Shown here piece after piece: positions 29,913-46,550 of a stretch of 64,000 bases of DNA. Origin of the DNA: the human T2T-CHM13v2.0 reference genome, Homo sapiens; the NCBI RefSeq assembly GCF_009914755.1, contig NC_060936.1; one strand, given 5' to 3'. The notes beneath the pieces are model-generated. The model had not been told where the DNA came from. It did not search any database and saw only the letters and a list, made by a program, of their open reading frames with translations. Position 1 is the first letter of the stretch. Every line of letters starts with the position of its first letter. The position numbers were made by a program, and so were the translations under genes.

Positions 29913-30317
29913 TCTTTTAGATTTTTCATTAGAATCTCATTAATTCTATGTACTAATATGTGAAAACTGACATATTTTCAATATTGAACATTTCCTTCTA
30001 GACCAGCCTTCTTGTATGTTCTTCAGAAAAAAAAAATCATTTTCTTTATTTAGGTCCTACACATTTCTTGTTAATTCCTAGATATTTTGTTGGCTCTTTT
30101 TATGAATGTAATATTTTCCATTATATTTTCTATTTGGTTCAGAAGCAAAGGTTAATTTGACTGTTCTCCTGCAGTCTGGCTGTAAGAGGATTGGTCTTCT
30201 GCAGAACTCCACAGAACTTGGATAAAGCCAAGCATTAAAATCAATCCTGGCATAATATTAAGGCGGCAGATCAGGCCACTGGTAATATAACCTATGAATG
30301 CAAGACTTAAACTCGTG

Positions 30318-30858
30318 TCTCAGTTCTAGTTTCTATGATTGCAAAACAAATTAACCCCAACACTTAGTGGCATAAAACAACCATTTATTATGCCCATGAA
30401 CCAGGAATTTTGGTAGGACATAGCTTCTCTCTGCTCCTTGACGCCTGGGGCTAAGCTGGAAGACTCAAAGGCTGGAAACTGAAATCATCTGAAACCTCAT
30501 TAACTTTCATGCATGGCAGTTCATGTTTGCAGTTAGCTAAGGGGCCTGAGTTCTTCTCCACATTGGCCTTTACATGTCGTCTCTCCACATGGGCTAGTCT
30601 AGGTTTCCTCACAGCATGATGGCTGGTTTCCCCAATGCAAACCTCCCAAAAAGAAAGAGCCAGATGGAAGCTGTGTTCTATTTACAAACCAGCCTTGAAA
30701 ATCACATGGCAGTACTTCCTCTGTATTCTATTGATTGGAGAAGCCACAAGTACAGTGTAGTTCAAGACTCTACACTTGATGAGGTATGTTAAGGTTCTAG
30801 AAGAATATATGGAATCAGAAATGTTGCTGTAACAATTTCTGGGAAATATAGTCTGTCA
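30318..30858 (-). mobile_element. MaLR LTR (MLT1G/H-like)
   Basis: 'aaacaaattaaccccaacacttagtggcataaaacaaccatttattat', 'tttcctcacagcatgatggc'. Confidence 0.7.
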
Positions 30859-31219
30859 TCGTCCCCAAAAATATCAACGGAAGGACTGATGCTCCTCAAC
30901 CCATGAATGCTGAGGTGATAGCAAAGGGATGAAGAATAGTCTTTCTGTCATAATCTTGATCACGCTTGGTGAGCAACTGCTCTTTCCCTGGGGCCATGAT
31001 ACCTCTCCTAGTGTCTGACTCCTGGCCAATCACATAAATCTCTATGTGCTTTTTCAGAATGTGGTAGTGCAATATAAAACTCAGATGTCATGCTACCGCT
31101 TCAGTCGCTATGAGTCTCCTCAATAAATGCTATCTCAGAGGTCTGTTTGTAAGCGAGTTGGCAATTTGCTTTTGTTGCTCAAAGTTGGACTTTTCTGCCA
31201 TATAAAAATCTAATTTTTA

Positions 31220-31908
31220 ATGATTGCCATTCTAACTGGTGTGAGATGGTATCTCATTGTGGTAATAGGAACACTTTTACACTGTTGGTGGGACTGTAAA
31301 CTAGTTCAACCATTGTGGAAGTCAGTGTGGTGATTCCTCAGGGATCTAGAACTAGAAATACCATTTGACCCAGCCATCCCAATACTGGGTATATACCCAA
31401 AGGACTATAAATCATGCTGCTATAAAGACACATGCACACGTATGTTTATTGCGGCATTATTCACAACAGCAAAGACTTGGAACCAACCCAAATGTCCAAC
31501 AATGATAGACTGGATTAAGAAAATGTGGCACATATACACCATGGAATACTATGCAGCCATAAAAAATGATGAGTTCATGTCCTTTGTAGGGACATGGATG
31601 AAATTGGAAATCATCATTCTCAGTAAACTATCGCAAGAACAAAAAACCAAACACCGCATATTCTCACTCAGAGGTGGGAATTGAACAATGAGATCACATG
31701 GACACAGGAAGGGGAATATCACACTCTGGGGACTGTGGTGGGGTGGGGGGAGGGGGGAGGGATAGCATCGGGAGATATACCTAATGCTAGATGACGAGTT
31801 AGTGGGTGCAGCGCACCAGCATGTCACATGTATACATATGTAACTAACCTGCACAATGTGCACATGTACCCTAAAACTTAAAGTATAATAAAAAAAAAAA
31901 TTTTTTTT
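31220..31908 (+). mobile_element. L1PA2-like element, 5'-truncated with 5' inversion (twin priming)
   Basis: Inverted ORF2 piece ~31220-31263, then sense ORF2 C-terminus (MFIAALFTTAKTWNQPKCP) and 3'UTR with GAG at the Ta-diagnostic site; TSD aaaaatctaattttta at 31204-31219 and 31909-31924. Confidence 0.95.
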
Positions 31909-32484
31909 AAAAATCTAATTTTTATTTATTTATAGTCACATTATTGAACTTTTTATTACTTGTAAAATGTTTTCAGATGACTCTTTTGGGTTTTCTAGGT
32001 AACAGATGATCCAATTGATGACAGTTTTGCTTTCTTACTTTTTATTGTCTCATATTGGCCAAAATTCACAGGAAAAATGGTAAATAAGAGTGCTGATAGA
32101 GGAAGTCTTTGTCTTCTCATTACTGTAAGTGACAGAGCTCTGTGTTTAGCCATTAAAGCATGATATTGGTAGTGGGTTTGAGATATACTTTCATTATAAT
32201 TTTAAAGAAACACCTTCCTAGTCCTTACTTGCTAACAGTCTTTTTTTAGAAAGAAAATCACATCAAATCTTCTTTTTAGCATCTGTGGAGATTATTTTTC
32301 TTCTTTAAGCCTTTGGTGTAAATGTTTTATATTAGTAGATTTCCTTACATTAAGTCATTTTGGAATAAGCTCTATTTGGTCTTGGTGCATTTTCTGGTAT
32401 TAAATTCAATCAGCCATTAATCTTTTGCATACATATCTTGCAGCATCCCGTATTTATTATATGAAGTGTTCTCATTGTCATTAC

Positions 32485-33054
32485 AGTGCATTCCCTTATC
32501 TGTGGGGGATATGTTCCAAAACCCCTAGTGATGCCTAAAACTGCAGACAGTACCAAACCATATATAGCTATACCTTATATATACTGAACATATATATACT
32601 ACTTTTTTTTGTATACATGCCTAGGATTAAGTTTAATTTATAAATTAGGCACAACAAGAGACTAACAACAACAACAATAATAAAACAGAACCATTATAGC
32701 AATATGTTAGCATCACTCCTCTTGTACTTTGGAGCCAGTATTAAGTAAAATAAAGGTTACTTGAACACAACACTGCAATACTGAAACAGTCAATCTGATA
32801 ACTGAGAGGGCTACTAAGTAACTAATGGGCAGGTAGCGCCTAAGTGCGGATGTGCCAGACAAAGGATGATTCACACTCTGGGCAGGACTTAGTGGGATGG
32901 CCCAAGATTTCATCACACTGCTCAGAATGGTGCACAATTTAAAACATTCATTGTTTCTTTCTGAGATTTTTCATTTAATATTTTCAGACTTAGGTTGACT
33001 GTGGGTAGCTGAAACCATGTAAAACTAGGATAAGGTGGGGTGGGGGACTACACT
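32485..33054. mobile_element. Tigger-derived DNA element (MER44-like)
   Basis: 'cagtgcattcccttatctgtgggggatatgttccaaaacccc' ... 'ggataaggtggggtgggggactacac'; preceded by TA. Confidence 0.8.
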
Positions 33055-33229
33055 ATTTTCTAAATAGTTAGTAATAACATTGTTTTCTTTTCTCCAAAGT
33101 TATTTTGGAGAGGTTTTAAGACATTATTGCTATTTCCCAGTGGTTGACATTTCTTTGAAATATTATTACTACAACTTAAATATTAAGAAAATGTATTTGT
33201 TTGTAGAAAATATGTATGTTATTTCGGAA

Positions 33230-33600
33230 TGTGTTAGTCAGATGAAGCAGGTTAACAAATTAATCCCCAAATCTCAGTGGTTTTCACACAACAAATGTTT
33301 ATTCGCAGTTACACTACATGTTGAATGGCAGGTTGGTAGGAAGCTCTGCTCTAGGACTCAGATTGAGGGAATGTCCAAAATCACTTAATGCTGCTATCTT
33401 ACCTTGTGGTTTTAGCCTTCCCTTTAACGTCAGAGAGAGTGAATGGAGAACCTACTCTTTTTTTTGAAACTCTTTGACCCAAAAGCAACAATGTCTCTTC
33501 CATTCATAGCCTATTCATTAGAGCTTGTCACGTGGCCCTGCCTGAGTACAAGGATATGTGGTCAAGCAAATGAAAATTCAGAGGACAGTAAATACTGCCA
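33230..33600 (-). mobile_element. Old MaLR LTR (MLT1K/L-like)
   Basis: 'aacaaattaatccccaaatctcagtggttttcacacaacaaatgtttatt'. Confidence 0.6.
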
Positions 33601-33789
33601 AAATGCCCGTGAATCTAAACGGAAGATGGTTTAGGGGTATAATACTGAGATTTACAACGAAGTTAGAGTAAATGTTAGAATGAGCATTTGCACAAATGTT
33701 TTACTGTAAATGAGGAAGACAAGTGGGAGGCATCTAAAAAAGACCAATGTGACTGTGGAGAAACTCCTCTAATTAGCTAAAATGTGAAA

Positions 33790-35480
<1,691 letters not shown>

Positions 35481-35481
35481 T

Positions 35482-35870
<389 letters not shown>

Positions 35871-37029
35871 TTAAAGCTAGCTTAAGGAGAAGAATAAGAA
35901 CAGATTGATTTTACTTTATATTCTCTGTGATGGATATTGACAACCAGACTGGAAATATAGATTAGACATTGATCGGAAAGAACTGAAATCCCACCTAGAT
36001 TAAGAGTTATCAGAGAGAGCTTACTTTCAAGTAAGTTTAACCCTCTGGGACTAATGGAATTAATTCTCAAAGTACTATTACTATGGATTAGATGGCAGAT
36101 CTTTAAGGAATCTTGCAAAATATGAGAGTTCCTAAATATTTGGAAACTGATAACTATTATCTTTAGTTTTATAAAAGAAAAAAAAGTAGAATTTGCATGA
36201 TTTAAGATACCAGTACTAAAAGAAATATGTAGAGTCTCATCTGATTAGATAAGGGACCCCCAATATTGGTGCCTGGTGGAGTACTACAGGATTCGGCTGT
36301 CAGTTTATCCTGTTCATGATATAGTTTGCAACGAACACAATAAAATTTAGTGAGAACATATGTGTTCACATGAAAACAAGTCATATGAAATCATATGGAA
36401 ATAATGGAAATAAATAGTCTAAATTATATAAACTGCTTATATACAGGATTGGGGATAGAAGGGTAAAGTGTAGCATGTTTGGAAAAATGTAAATGTATGT
36501 TAGGTCTAATATGGCATAGATTATTTAAATAGCAGGAAAAGTGATTTAAAAAATATATTTTAGAGCTACAAATAAACAATTCCACTTCAGAGTGGGCAAA
36601 AACTACCAAGATTATCTCATCAAAGCCTTCATTTTACAGTTGTCAAAACAGATGTCAAGAGAGGTAAAGTGCCTTTCCCACCCTCCCAGCAAGTTAGCTG
36701 CATGATTTAATTCTTTATCATCTATCATGTTGGTGTTCTCTCTCCCTCTCTCTTGATTACTGTCTTTCAGGATCCACTCTTCTGGGAAAGGATGAGGTTT
36801 CCTCTGCTGAATGCAATTGATCTTTTCAGAGGAAAAATATAGTCACTGCCTTGGACTAAAACAGGAATTTTCAACTGGATTGAGGATTTCTGGGGAAAGA
36901 AAACTAAATCAATGATTGGCCCAGTCTGTCAGACTATTGGTGTCATTTGATCCCACACTTGGCTCTCTCTAAAGAAGAAAAACCCTGCCCTGTGAGCTCT
37001 ACTCCCTCCTCCTGCAGAAAAGGCATTCT

Positions 37030-37543
37030 CCTATCCAGATGGATCCTCATCCGCCTGCCTGGTCTCTCTGACTTCACCTGCAATAAGCCTTCCACCATTC
37101 ACTATGCTCCAAAGACACTGGCATTCATTCTCTTCCTCCAGCAAAGCTGTCTTAGAAAACCTTTCTCTATACATGCTGTTCCTTTGCCTGAAAGCTCTGC
37201 CACCAAGTCTTTGGATGACTGGCCAGAGGTTTCAGCTTAGCTGTCACCTCTCCAAAGAAGTCATCCTTGATGATTCATCCTAAAGTACCTGCCCACCTTC
37301 TTGACAACTCTCCATTCCATTATTGTTTTACTTCTTTCATAGAATTTTTCACCATTTGAGACTGTATTTTTCTTTTAATTCATTTATGTATTTATTGTTT
37401 GTCCCTCCACACATTCTAAAATGAAAACATCAGAAGAACAAGGTCCTTCAACAGTGTTTACTGCTGGATCTGCAGTGCCTAGAAGAGTAGCTGGCTCATG
37501 GGAAGAGCTCAATAAATATTTGTTGAATAAATGAATGAATGAA
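37030..37543 (+). mobile_element. L2 3' region
   Basis: Ends 'gagctcaataaatatttgttgaataaatgaatgaatgaa'. Confidence 0.85.
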
Positions 37544-37742
37544 GTTGCTGCTTAGACTGTCTGTCCTTTTTAAGTTGGCATTATAATAGTTGGCTTTATT
37601 TGAGCCTCATATTATGTGCATACATATAAGAATCAGGAAGAGTAAAGGGACTCCTCTTACTAAACTAGCTACTATTTAACGACTACATATCTTTGTACCT
37701 GAAATAGAAGCCAGAATTTCAGGACTTGAAGAACGTCAGGAA

Positions 37743-37800
37743 TCATGATGATGATGATGATCATGATGATGATGATGACAATGATGACAATGATGATGAT
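37743..37800. repeat. Imperfect (GAT)n microsatellite inside an antisense MIR (~37720-37910)
   Basis: Visible GAT/GAC/AAT triplets; flank 'aactgaaacccagaggagtgaagtcact'. Confidence 0.85.
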
Positions 37801-39283
37801 AGATAACTGAAACCCAGAGGAGTGAAGTCACTAGTTCAAAGTGACACAGACATTTTCAGGTGAAGTTGAGACATAATCCAAGCTTCTAGACTTCCAATAA
37901 CATGCTTTTTCTATTGACTGAACTCCCTCTATAAACTAAGAGACTACATGCCAACTAACAATGATGGAAAGGATGACAGATGGTAGAAGAAAGTCAGAAA
38001 AAAACAATTGATTAGCAATGTCTGCCATAGGTACAGAATCAAGAAATGGTGATACACACTAACTCTAGTCTAGAAGGGGGGAAGAATGTCCAACAGCTTA
38101 TAATATCATAAATCAGGAAACCCTAATGGAGCAAAGTTATTACAATTATAAAGGGTATGGGATTTTTTCCTCAGAGGAGGACAGCCATAAGCCTCCTATA
38201 GCAAAGCTATCCTGTATGAGAAGCTTTGAGGGTTTTTGTGGTTGTCCCATTTATTTAGGTAAATCAAATCAATTTTTGATGCTCATGGAAGATCTCCTCC
38301 TAGGAGAAATGTGATGCAAATGTAAAAAGCCATGGTTTTTCACAACTGTCACATAAAATTCTGTCTTTTGTATGCATGTCAGAGTTATAAAATTATAGCT
38401 AAACATGGATATAGGACTGAATTCATTCAACATGACTTGTGTAGAGAGGATGTTATTAGATAAGACAGACACATGTACCCTGTAAGAACTCTATGCTCTA
38501 AAATTACTGTTTTCAAGTATCTCAAACTACCTTCAAGAAGTAACATTCTCATAACTTGCATTTTTGGCAGGGCTTTTTTAAGTTCGTAAATGATTAAACA
38601 TGGAATATTTTTTATAATATTTTGTAAAGATGGAGACTGTATTTACATTTATGCCATACTTTCATTAGCTCTAGAGTGGTATGACTGTCTTCAAAATGAT
38701 AAATTTCAAAGTGTTACTTGCTTACCACAGCATTTTGGATAGAAATTGAGGAGGAGAGGCTATATTATTCAATAGAAGCTTGGAAATAGAAAGCTTAGTT
38801 CTCTCAAACAGTACATGTATAGGTGTGGGGTAAGCTGGGAATTCGGTCATCATATGGATGTGGAGGGAACCCCTTGCTTCCCTCTATATTGTCAGTACTG
38901 AGAGAAATGTCCAGCTACATTCAAGGACACCAGTGCAGTTTTCTGAGAAGAAAGTGAGAAGCAACATCAACAACACCAGGCATGGAATTTTAGATCCTTA
39001 TTAGCAATGGCAGCCTGAAATAGTCATTTAACTTCTAAGTATATTGATGATAATGATAATGCTCTGGCTCTCTCTGAAGGTTTTTATGAGTATCAAAGGG
39101 GCTAACGTTCGTGAAAGTGCTTCATAAACTACAAACTACTATATAAATGTATTTTTGTATGAAAGAAAGACCTGGCTGGGTATACTGGGGTCAAGGTTAA
39201 GAATTCAGACAACTTTCAGTATAACTGACAGGGAGCCCTGTGTGTTTGTTTAATTCTGCTCTTTCAGAATTTTATATATATAA

Positions 39284-39683
39284 TGTCTTAGTTTGTTTGG
39301 GCTGCTATAACAGAAATACCTTAAACTGGGCAATTTATGAATAATAGAAATTTATTTCTCACAGTTATGGAGGCTAGGAAGTCCAAGATTAAGTCTCCCG
39401 CAGATCAGGTGTCTGGTGAGGGCTTGCTCTCTCTTCCAAGATGGCGCTTTCTTGCTGCATCCTCACCTGAAGGAAGGGAGGAATGTGGTATTTTCACATG
39501 GCAGAAGGGCAAAAAATGCAACAGGTACAAGCTTGCTGCCTCAAGCCTTTTTATAAGAGCACGAATATCATCCATAAGGGCAGTGCCCTCATGGCCTAAT
39601 CATCTTGTAAAGGCCCTCCCTCTTAATACTGTTGCATTGGGGATTAAGTTTCAACATGAATTTTGGACATTCAAACCATAGTA
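39284..39683 (-). mobile_element. MaLR solo LTR (MLT1A/MST-like)
   Basis: 'tgtcttagtttgtttgggctgctataac...cattcaaaccatagta'. Confidence 0.88.
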
Positions 39684-39714
39684 TGTATGTGTGTAGAGAT
39701 ATATATATATATAT

Positions 39715-40260
39715 CTGTTCTTTGAAAAGGCTAGACTCAAGATACCCCAGTAACAATGAGCACAACTAGGGTCCAAATTTAATTTCTAATATCATTTTCC
39801 ACTAAAAGGAACCAGGATACTTTGGAGAGATGGCTGATTTCAGAACTAGGGCAGAGAAAATAAAATGTAAGCCTGGTACATCTTATGTGAGAAGGTAAGG
39901 AAGTAATTACGAGCCTTGTCAAAAGGACACAGAGGCAGCTTGAAGGGACTTCCACTAGCCAAATTTGGGTAAATTGATCATCAAAATAATTAAAGAAAAT
40001 GTACTATCAGTCATTGAAAAACCATTCGTTGATATTGATAATACATAGATAAATGGGGAAGAAGGAAAACATGCTCTAAAGCCCATTATTGAGAAAATTG
40101 ACAAAATTGGAATATGAACTGTAGATTAGATTATTGCATTCATGTTAAGTTTCTGGAATTTGTTAATTGTACTGTGGTTATGTAAGGATATATTTCCTGA
40201 GGAAAAACACACTGAAGCATGAAGGGTTAAAAGGCATGGTTTATACAACCTACTCTCTCT
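39715..40260 (+). mobile_element. Old L1 (L1MC-like) 3' region
   Basis: 'ccccagtaacaatgagcaca', 'ccactaaaaggaaccagg', 'tgtactgtggttatgtaagga'. Confidence 0.7.
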
Positions 40261-40477
40261 CAGTTCATATATATGTGCACATACATATATATACACATAT
40301 GCGCATATATATATATATATATATATGTACATGAAAGAGCCTGAAGTGTTCTATTAGAAAAGCATGGACATGGGTTTGTTTCTTGGTTTTAACACTTATT
40401 CACTGCTTTAATTTTTCCCCTTTCTGTTTCTTCTTCTGCAACCAAAGTACAAAGGGGCAGGTAAAATGGAGGCATAA

Positions 40478-40815
<338 letters not shown>

Positions 40816-41337
40816 AGGTAAACTTTTAAAGTATAATAGTCATACATAAAAGTACACACTCAATAAGTGTATAACTTGATGAATTATCAAAAAGTAAACC
40901 ACCCACGTGTCGCAGCATCCACATCAAGAAATAGCAGGTAACATCACCAGCTTCCCAGAAGCCACTATTTTGCACTCATCCAATCGCTGCCCCAACAAGA
41001 ATAACTACCACCCTGACTTCTAACAGGATAGGTTAGTATTGCCTGTTTATGAACTTTATATAAACTATATAAACTACTAACTTCTTTCTCTCCACGTTAC
41101 GTTTGTAACTTCCATGTTGTGTGAACTTGTGGCTCATTTATTTCTTTGCTGCATAGCACTGTGTTTATACACAAACTACAATTTGTTCTTCATTTTAGTG
41201 ATGATGGATATTGGGTTGTTTCCTGTCTGGGACTATTGCAAATAGTGTAACTAAGGACAGTTTTGGACATGTCTTTTGGTAAACATATGCATTTATTTTA
41301 GTCATATACCTAGGCTAAGATTGCTGAGTCATAGGAT

Positions 41338-41378
<41 letters not shown>

Positions 41379-41393
41379 TGGGTTCTCGAATAA

Positions 41394-41753
<360 letters not shown>

Positions 41754-41878
41754 TAAAGTCTGCATGTCCTCTTTACATTTATCTGGGTGTTTTCCAGGTA
41801 CTCTGATTTCCTCCCACATCCCAAAGATGTGCACATTCAGTGAACCAGTGTTTCCACATAGTCCCAGTCTGGGTAAGC

Positions 41879-41880
41879 GT

Positions 41881-41944
<64 letters not shown>

Positions 41945-41957
41945 GAGAGAGTGTGTG
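41879..41957. repeat. Compound (TG)n(AG)n microsatellite
   Basis: Directly visible. Confidence 0.95.
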
Positions 41958-42579
41958 CCCTGCGATGGAATGGTGTTCTGTCCAGGGTTGGCTCCCACCT
42001 GCACCCTGAGTTGCAGGGATGGGCTCTGGCCACCCATGACCCTGACCTGGAATAGTGATTGGAAAATGAATGACTGAATTGAATGAATACAAATTGTTGT
42101 CAAATAAAAATTTGTCAAGTATATGATAATCATACAAATGCATAGCAATAAAGGATGTGGTATAAAAGTGCTCAGTGAGTCTGCCATGTTTGTTATTGTT
42201 TGTTTTTGAACTGCATTGATGTGCTATTACTATTTTTACTTTGCAAAGAGGTGGTGTGTCCTTGATTTGACCCACCACCACTAAAACTGCCATCAGTCAC
42301 TGATTCACCAAAAGTTAGGTAAATAATTCTCTTACTTGTTTTTATTAATCTTTCTTAAATGTATGTAGAGCTCCCATTTATTTCAATGTTTAATATTGAA
42401 AATCTCTTGGGTCTTTCTTTAGAAATTTAATGATGTTTTTGTGACCAGAAATATGTGGCAGGAACTTAACTCTTGCTTATATCAATTAGCCTGTGGTGAA
42501 ATTGGTTTTCTTATATGTCATTTCACTTAAAGTCACAGTTTCTAAGAAACTATCAGTGATGTTAAGTGAGCATTTACTA

Positions 42580-42610
<31 letters not shown>

Positions 42611-42756
42611 ATTATTTTTTGACAGATGTTGTCAAATAGTTTTCTGAAGTAGCTAAACCAATTTCTACCCTCTTTCACAGTGCATGAAAATTCCAATTAT
42701 TTTACATCCTTCCTAACACTTGGTATTGTCTGTTTCTTTTTTGCCATTTTAGTGAG

Positions 42757-43352
42757 TGTATTACTTTTCTATAGCTATATAATAAATTACCACAAACTTA
42801 GAGGCTTAAAACAATCCACATTTATTATATCACAGTTTCTGTTTATTAAGAGTACAATCTAACTGGGTCCTCTGCTCACAGTCTTCCAAGGCTACCATAA
42901 AGATGTGAGCTGGCCTGGGTTCTCATCTGGAGGCTTGACTGGGCCAGAATCTGCTTCCAGGCTTATTCAGGTTGCTGACAGAATTTATTTCCTTCCTGCT
43001 GTATGACTGATGGCCCTAGTTTTTTTGTGGGCCACTGGCAGGAAGCTGAGTTCAGTTCCCAGAAGCTGCCCACAGTTTCTAGATGCCACCTTCAACTCCT
43101 TCCCACATGGGCTCCCTTAAAATGGCTGCTCACTTCATCAAGCTCACAAGAGTCTCTAGCTTCAGTGTGCTAATACAGAGTCTTATATAAGATTACATTA
43201 AATAGGAGTGACATCCCATCATCTCTGCCATATTCTATCAGTTAGAGGCACATCACAAGTCCCGCCTGAAGTCAAGGCAAGGCAATTACACAAAGGCATA
43301 AACACCAGGAGGCAGGGTTCATTGGGGGTCATCTTGGATTCTGTCTGACACA
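42757..43352 (-). mobile_element. MaLR LTR (MLT1E/F-like)
   Basis: 'aaattaccacaaacttagaggcttaaaacaa' ... 'ttgggggtcatcttggattctgtctgacaca'. Confidence 0.82.
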
Positions 43353-44106
43353 GTGAGCATATTGTGGTATTGCACTGTAATTTCAATTTATACTGAAAGA
43401 CCATTCTTTCTTCATAACTAATCAAAGACAAAAATACTGTTTACTTAGGAAATTTGTTCTGAAATATTCAAATTATTTTTTCTTCCATGTTGTGAATTAA
43501 ATTCCCTCCATTTTGCTTTGCTAGTGTGGATATGGGCCCAAAGTCCAGGTTTCAGCTTTCCCGTCTTAGATAAAGTCTAGCTTACATAAAGGTTTAACAT
43601 TCTGCCAGCTCAAGTATCCATGCCATTTTAATTGGACACAAAGGACAGAGACCTGAGTCATAGCAAGAGGTAGTCCAGAGATTTTGGGTACATTTCTGAA
43701 ATGTAAGGAATTTTTATTCATTTGCCTGGAAATGAGACTTGGCCTCTTCTTTCTTGCTTACTTCCTCTAAATGCGTGAAATATCACTCTGCACTATTAAG
43801 CAATGCAATTTCACCCTAGGGGCAATGGTACTTGAGGAGTGAATACTGGGATCTCTGAGGTTTGTTTATCACTTCTTTTAACTTTCTAAAGTGGTTGGAA
43901 CATTCCCTAGAAGGAAGGTACTGAGTAACTATTAAGCACCATTATGGTTAATATGTTTGCTGAATCACACATTATAATGGAATCTTCCATGTTGATCACA
44001 AAGAAAAAAGGTGATCCTTATTCCTTCAATATTAAGAATCTTAAAAGTCACCCAACTAGATAAGAACTGCATTTTTAAATATTTATTCACCGTAGAAAAT
44101 ACTGTT

Positions 44107-44420
44107 GGCCAGGCGCAGTGGCTCACACCTGTAATCCCAGCACTTTGGGATGCTGAGGTGGGTAGATGACTTGAGCTCAGGAGTTCGAGACCAGCCTGGG
44201 CAACAGGGTGAAACACCGACTCTACAAAAAATAAAAAAATTAGCTGGTTCCAGCTACTTGGAAGGCTGTGTCCCAGCTACTTGGGAGGCTGAGGTAAAAG
44301 GATCGCTTGAGCCCAGGAGGTCAAGGCTGCAGTAAGCTGTGATCACACCACTGTACTTCAGCCTGGGCAAGAGAGCAATGTTAAGTTCCCATTAAGTCCC
44401 TGTATCAAGAAAAAAAGAGA
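44107..44420 (+). mobile_element. AluJ with internal rearrangements
   Basis: Alu motifs; duplicated 'ccagctacttgg(a/g)aggctg'; ~19-nt insertion near tail. Confidence 0.88.
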
Positions 44421-46294
44421 GAATACTTTCATAGATTAAATAATATGACCAGTTGTAGTAATACACAATAAAGTGAGAGTTTTTGAATCAAATAATACCA
44501 AGGAGATTTGAGAAAATAATTGTTTGATTGAGCTTAAGGACTCAATGCTGCTTTCCTAAATCTAGAAAACATGAAAGCTCCTCTCTATATATATTTAACA
44601 AAGATATGCATATATTTATATATATATATATTTACCCAAAAAGCTCCTCTTAGAGAGATATATATTTAGATGTATATATTTAGAGATACATACATATTTA
44701 GATACACATATATATTTACCTCTAACAATCTTTTAAATTTTTGATAACCTTATTAACAGAAACGTATAGAAGGAAATTTACATTGTGGGAAACACATTCT
44801 CAACTATAGCAATATATCCATAGGAGAGTGAGTGCATCTAACAGGGAATGTCACAAGAATAATTCCACCTGAAGCTGTCTTTGAGTCATCTTTATAATAA
44901 GACTAAAAGAAATTTATTCAGATTTGAATTCCCTTGTAAGGAAGTGCAAAATATATGTCAAAATATCCAGAACTCTGAAAGAAACACCTGAAAATTATTT
45001 ATAATGAAAAAAGTTCAACTATCTTAAGCAGTAAATTGGAATTTCTGCTGAATATGGAAAATTATTACTCCCTAAATCTGATTTTAGAAGCAAAAGTCAT
45101 AGGGAACAAACTGAAACAAATTCATGCCACAAACTGAAGGGGTAATAAGTGATGATCAAGTTCTATTGTATTTATGAAAACTCAAGGAGTCAATCCATTC
45201 TACATTACCTGTTTCCAGCATTTATTTTTGCTCCTTTGAAAAAAGGTCCTTGGAAATAATTTTTCAACATGCATTTGTTCTGTTCTGCTGGGTGTGCCCA
45301 AAGCTAAAATTTTCCTTTGAAATAACACTGTTAAGCAAGACTATAGTGATAGAGTGAACAATTTTGAATTAACTGGAAAAAAAAAGTTATCTCTCTGGAG
45401 AGTTAGATAAATGCCAAATAAGCAACTATAAATTTCTATTTTAAAATAATGATGATTTTCATTAACTCTGGGATGGTATACCAAGAGCTGTGGCATAATG
45501 ATATGGTGGCAGAAAATGGGGCCTAGGAATTTGAATCTCCTCACTTTATAGTTTAAGGCAAACTAATGTAAACCACCCCCAATATGCCAGGATTATATAT
45601 ATTTTCATTTATTATATAAATGTATTCTGAAATCCTCTTAAGGATTTTGCAAGATGATATTATTACCAATATAGTAAATATTATTATCTCTATTTGCTAA
45701 AATAAATAAATAAATAAACAAACACTAAAGCTTGAAAGCCCCAGGGTCACATGACTGACCAGTCAGTGATAGAGCTAGAAGCCAAACCCTGCTGTGTGTG
45801 GTTCTAAATCACAGTGTCTTCCACTGTTAAGGAAGCTCTTTATTTCATTGTTTTATGTCAGGTAACATTCTGAGACGGTCATTCTTCCCAACCTTGACTT
45901 ATCATCCTATTACTAGAAGCCTCTGTGATTGATTCAAATCAATGAGTATAGATTCTAACATCGTTAAAGTGCAATCAGGGTGAACACCTATCCACAAGGT
46001 TTTTGAGGCTGGGCTGTGCTAGAGGACCTCTAGACAGGTGCCAATCTGGCTTTGCAAGTGCTCTGCAATTCAGCTCTAATTTCTCTAACCCCTATTTAAA
46101 TTTAGTGGATACCATGTCTGTCACTAGTCCTGAGAGCAATGCCAACACTTGGTCTAGCCTCTCTCAACACTTTTTCTTCTCCCTTCCATTGCTTCTCAAA
46201 CCAAGGTGCAAAATCCAGGCAAGCAGTTGGATGATGATGTGCCAAGATGTAGTTTTCTTTGTATTCTTATTGGTTTGGATTCACTAAGATTCCA

Positions 46295-46550
46295 TCTTTT
46301 TCTTAATTTAAAAAAAAATTGTGTGAGTATGTAGAAGGTATATATATTTATGAATTCCATTAGATATTTGATACAGGCATGCAATGCGTAACAATCACAT
46401 CAGGATGTGTGGTGTATCCATCACCTCAAGCACTTATCCTTTGTGTTACAAACAATCCAATTATACTCTTTTAGTTATTTTTAAATGTGCAATTAAATTA
46501 TTTTTTACCATCGTCACCCTGTTGTGCAAGCAAATACAAGGTCTTATTCA
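46295..46550 (-). mobile_element. L1MA1/2-like 3' end
   Basis: 'gatacaggcatgcaatgcgtaacaatcacatcagg...ttacaaacaatccaattatactc'. Confidence 0.8.

Noticed and set aside
31442-31684. L1 ORF2 C-terminal ORF
   Set aside because: Fragment of a truncated L1 with no promoter or catalytic domains.
36737-36770. Strong plus-strand splice acceptor-like tract ending 'tctttcag'
   Set aside because: No convincing downstream donor or frame; pyrimidine tracts are common.
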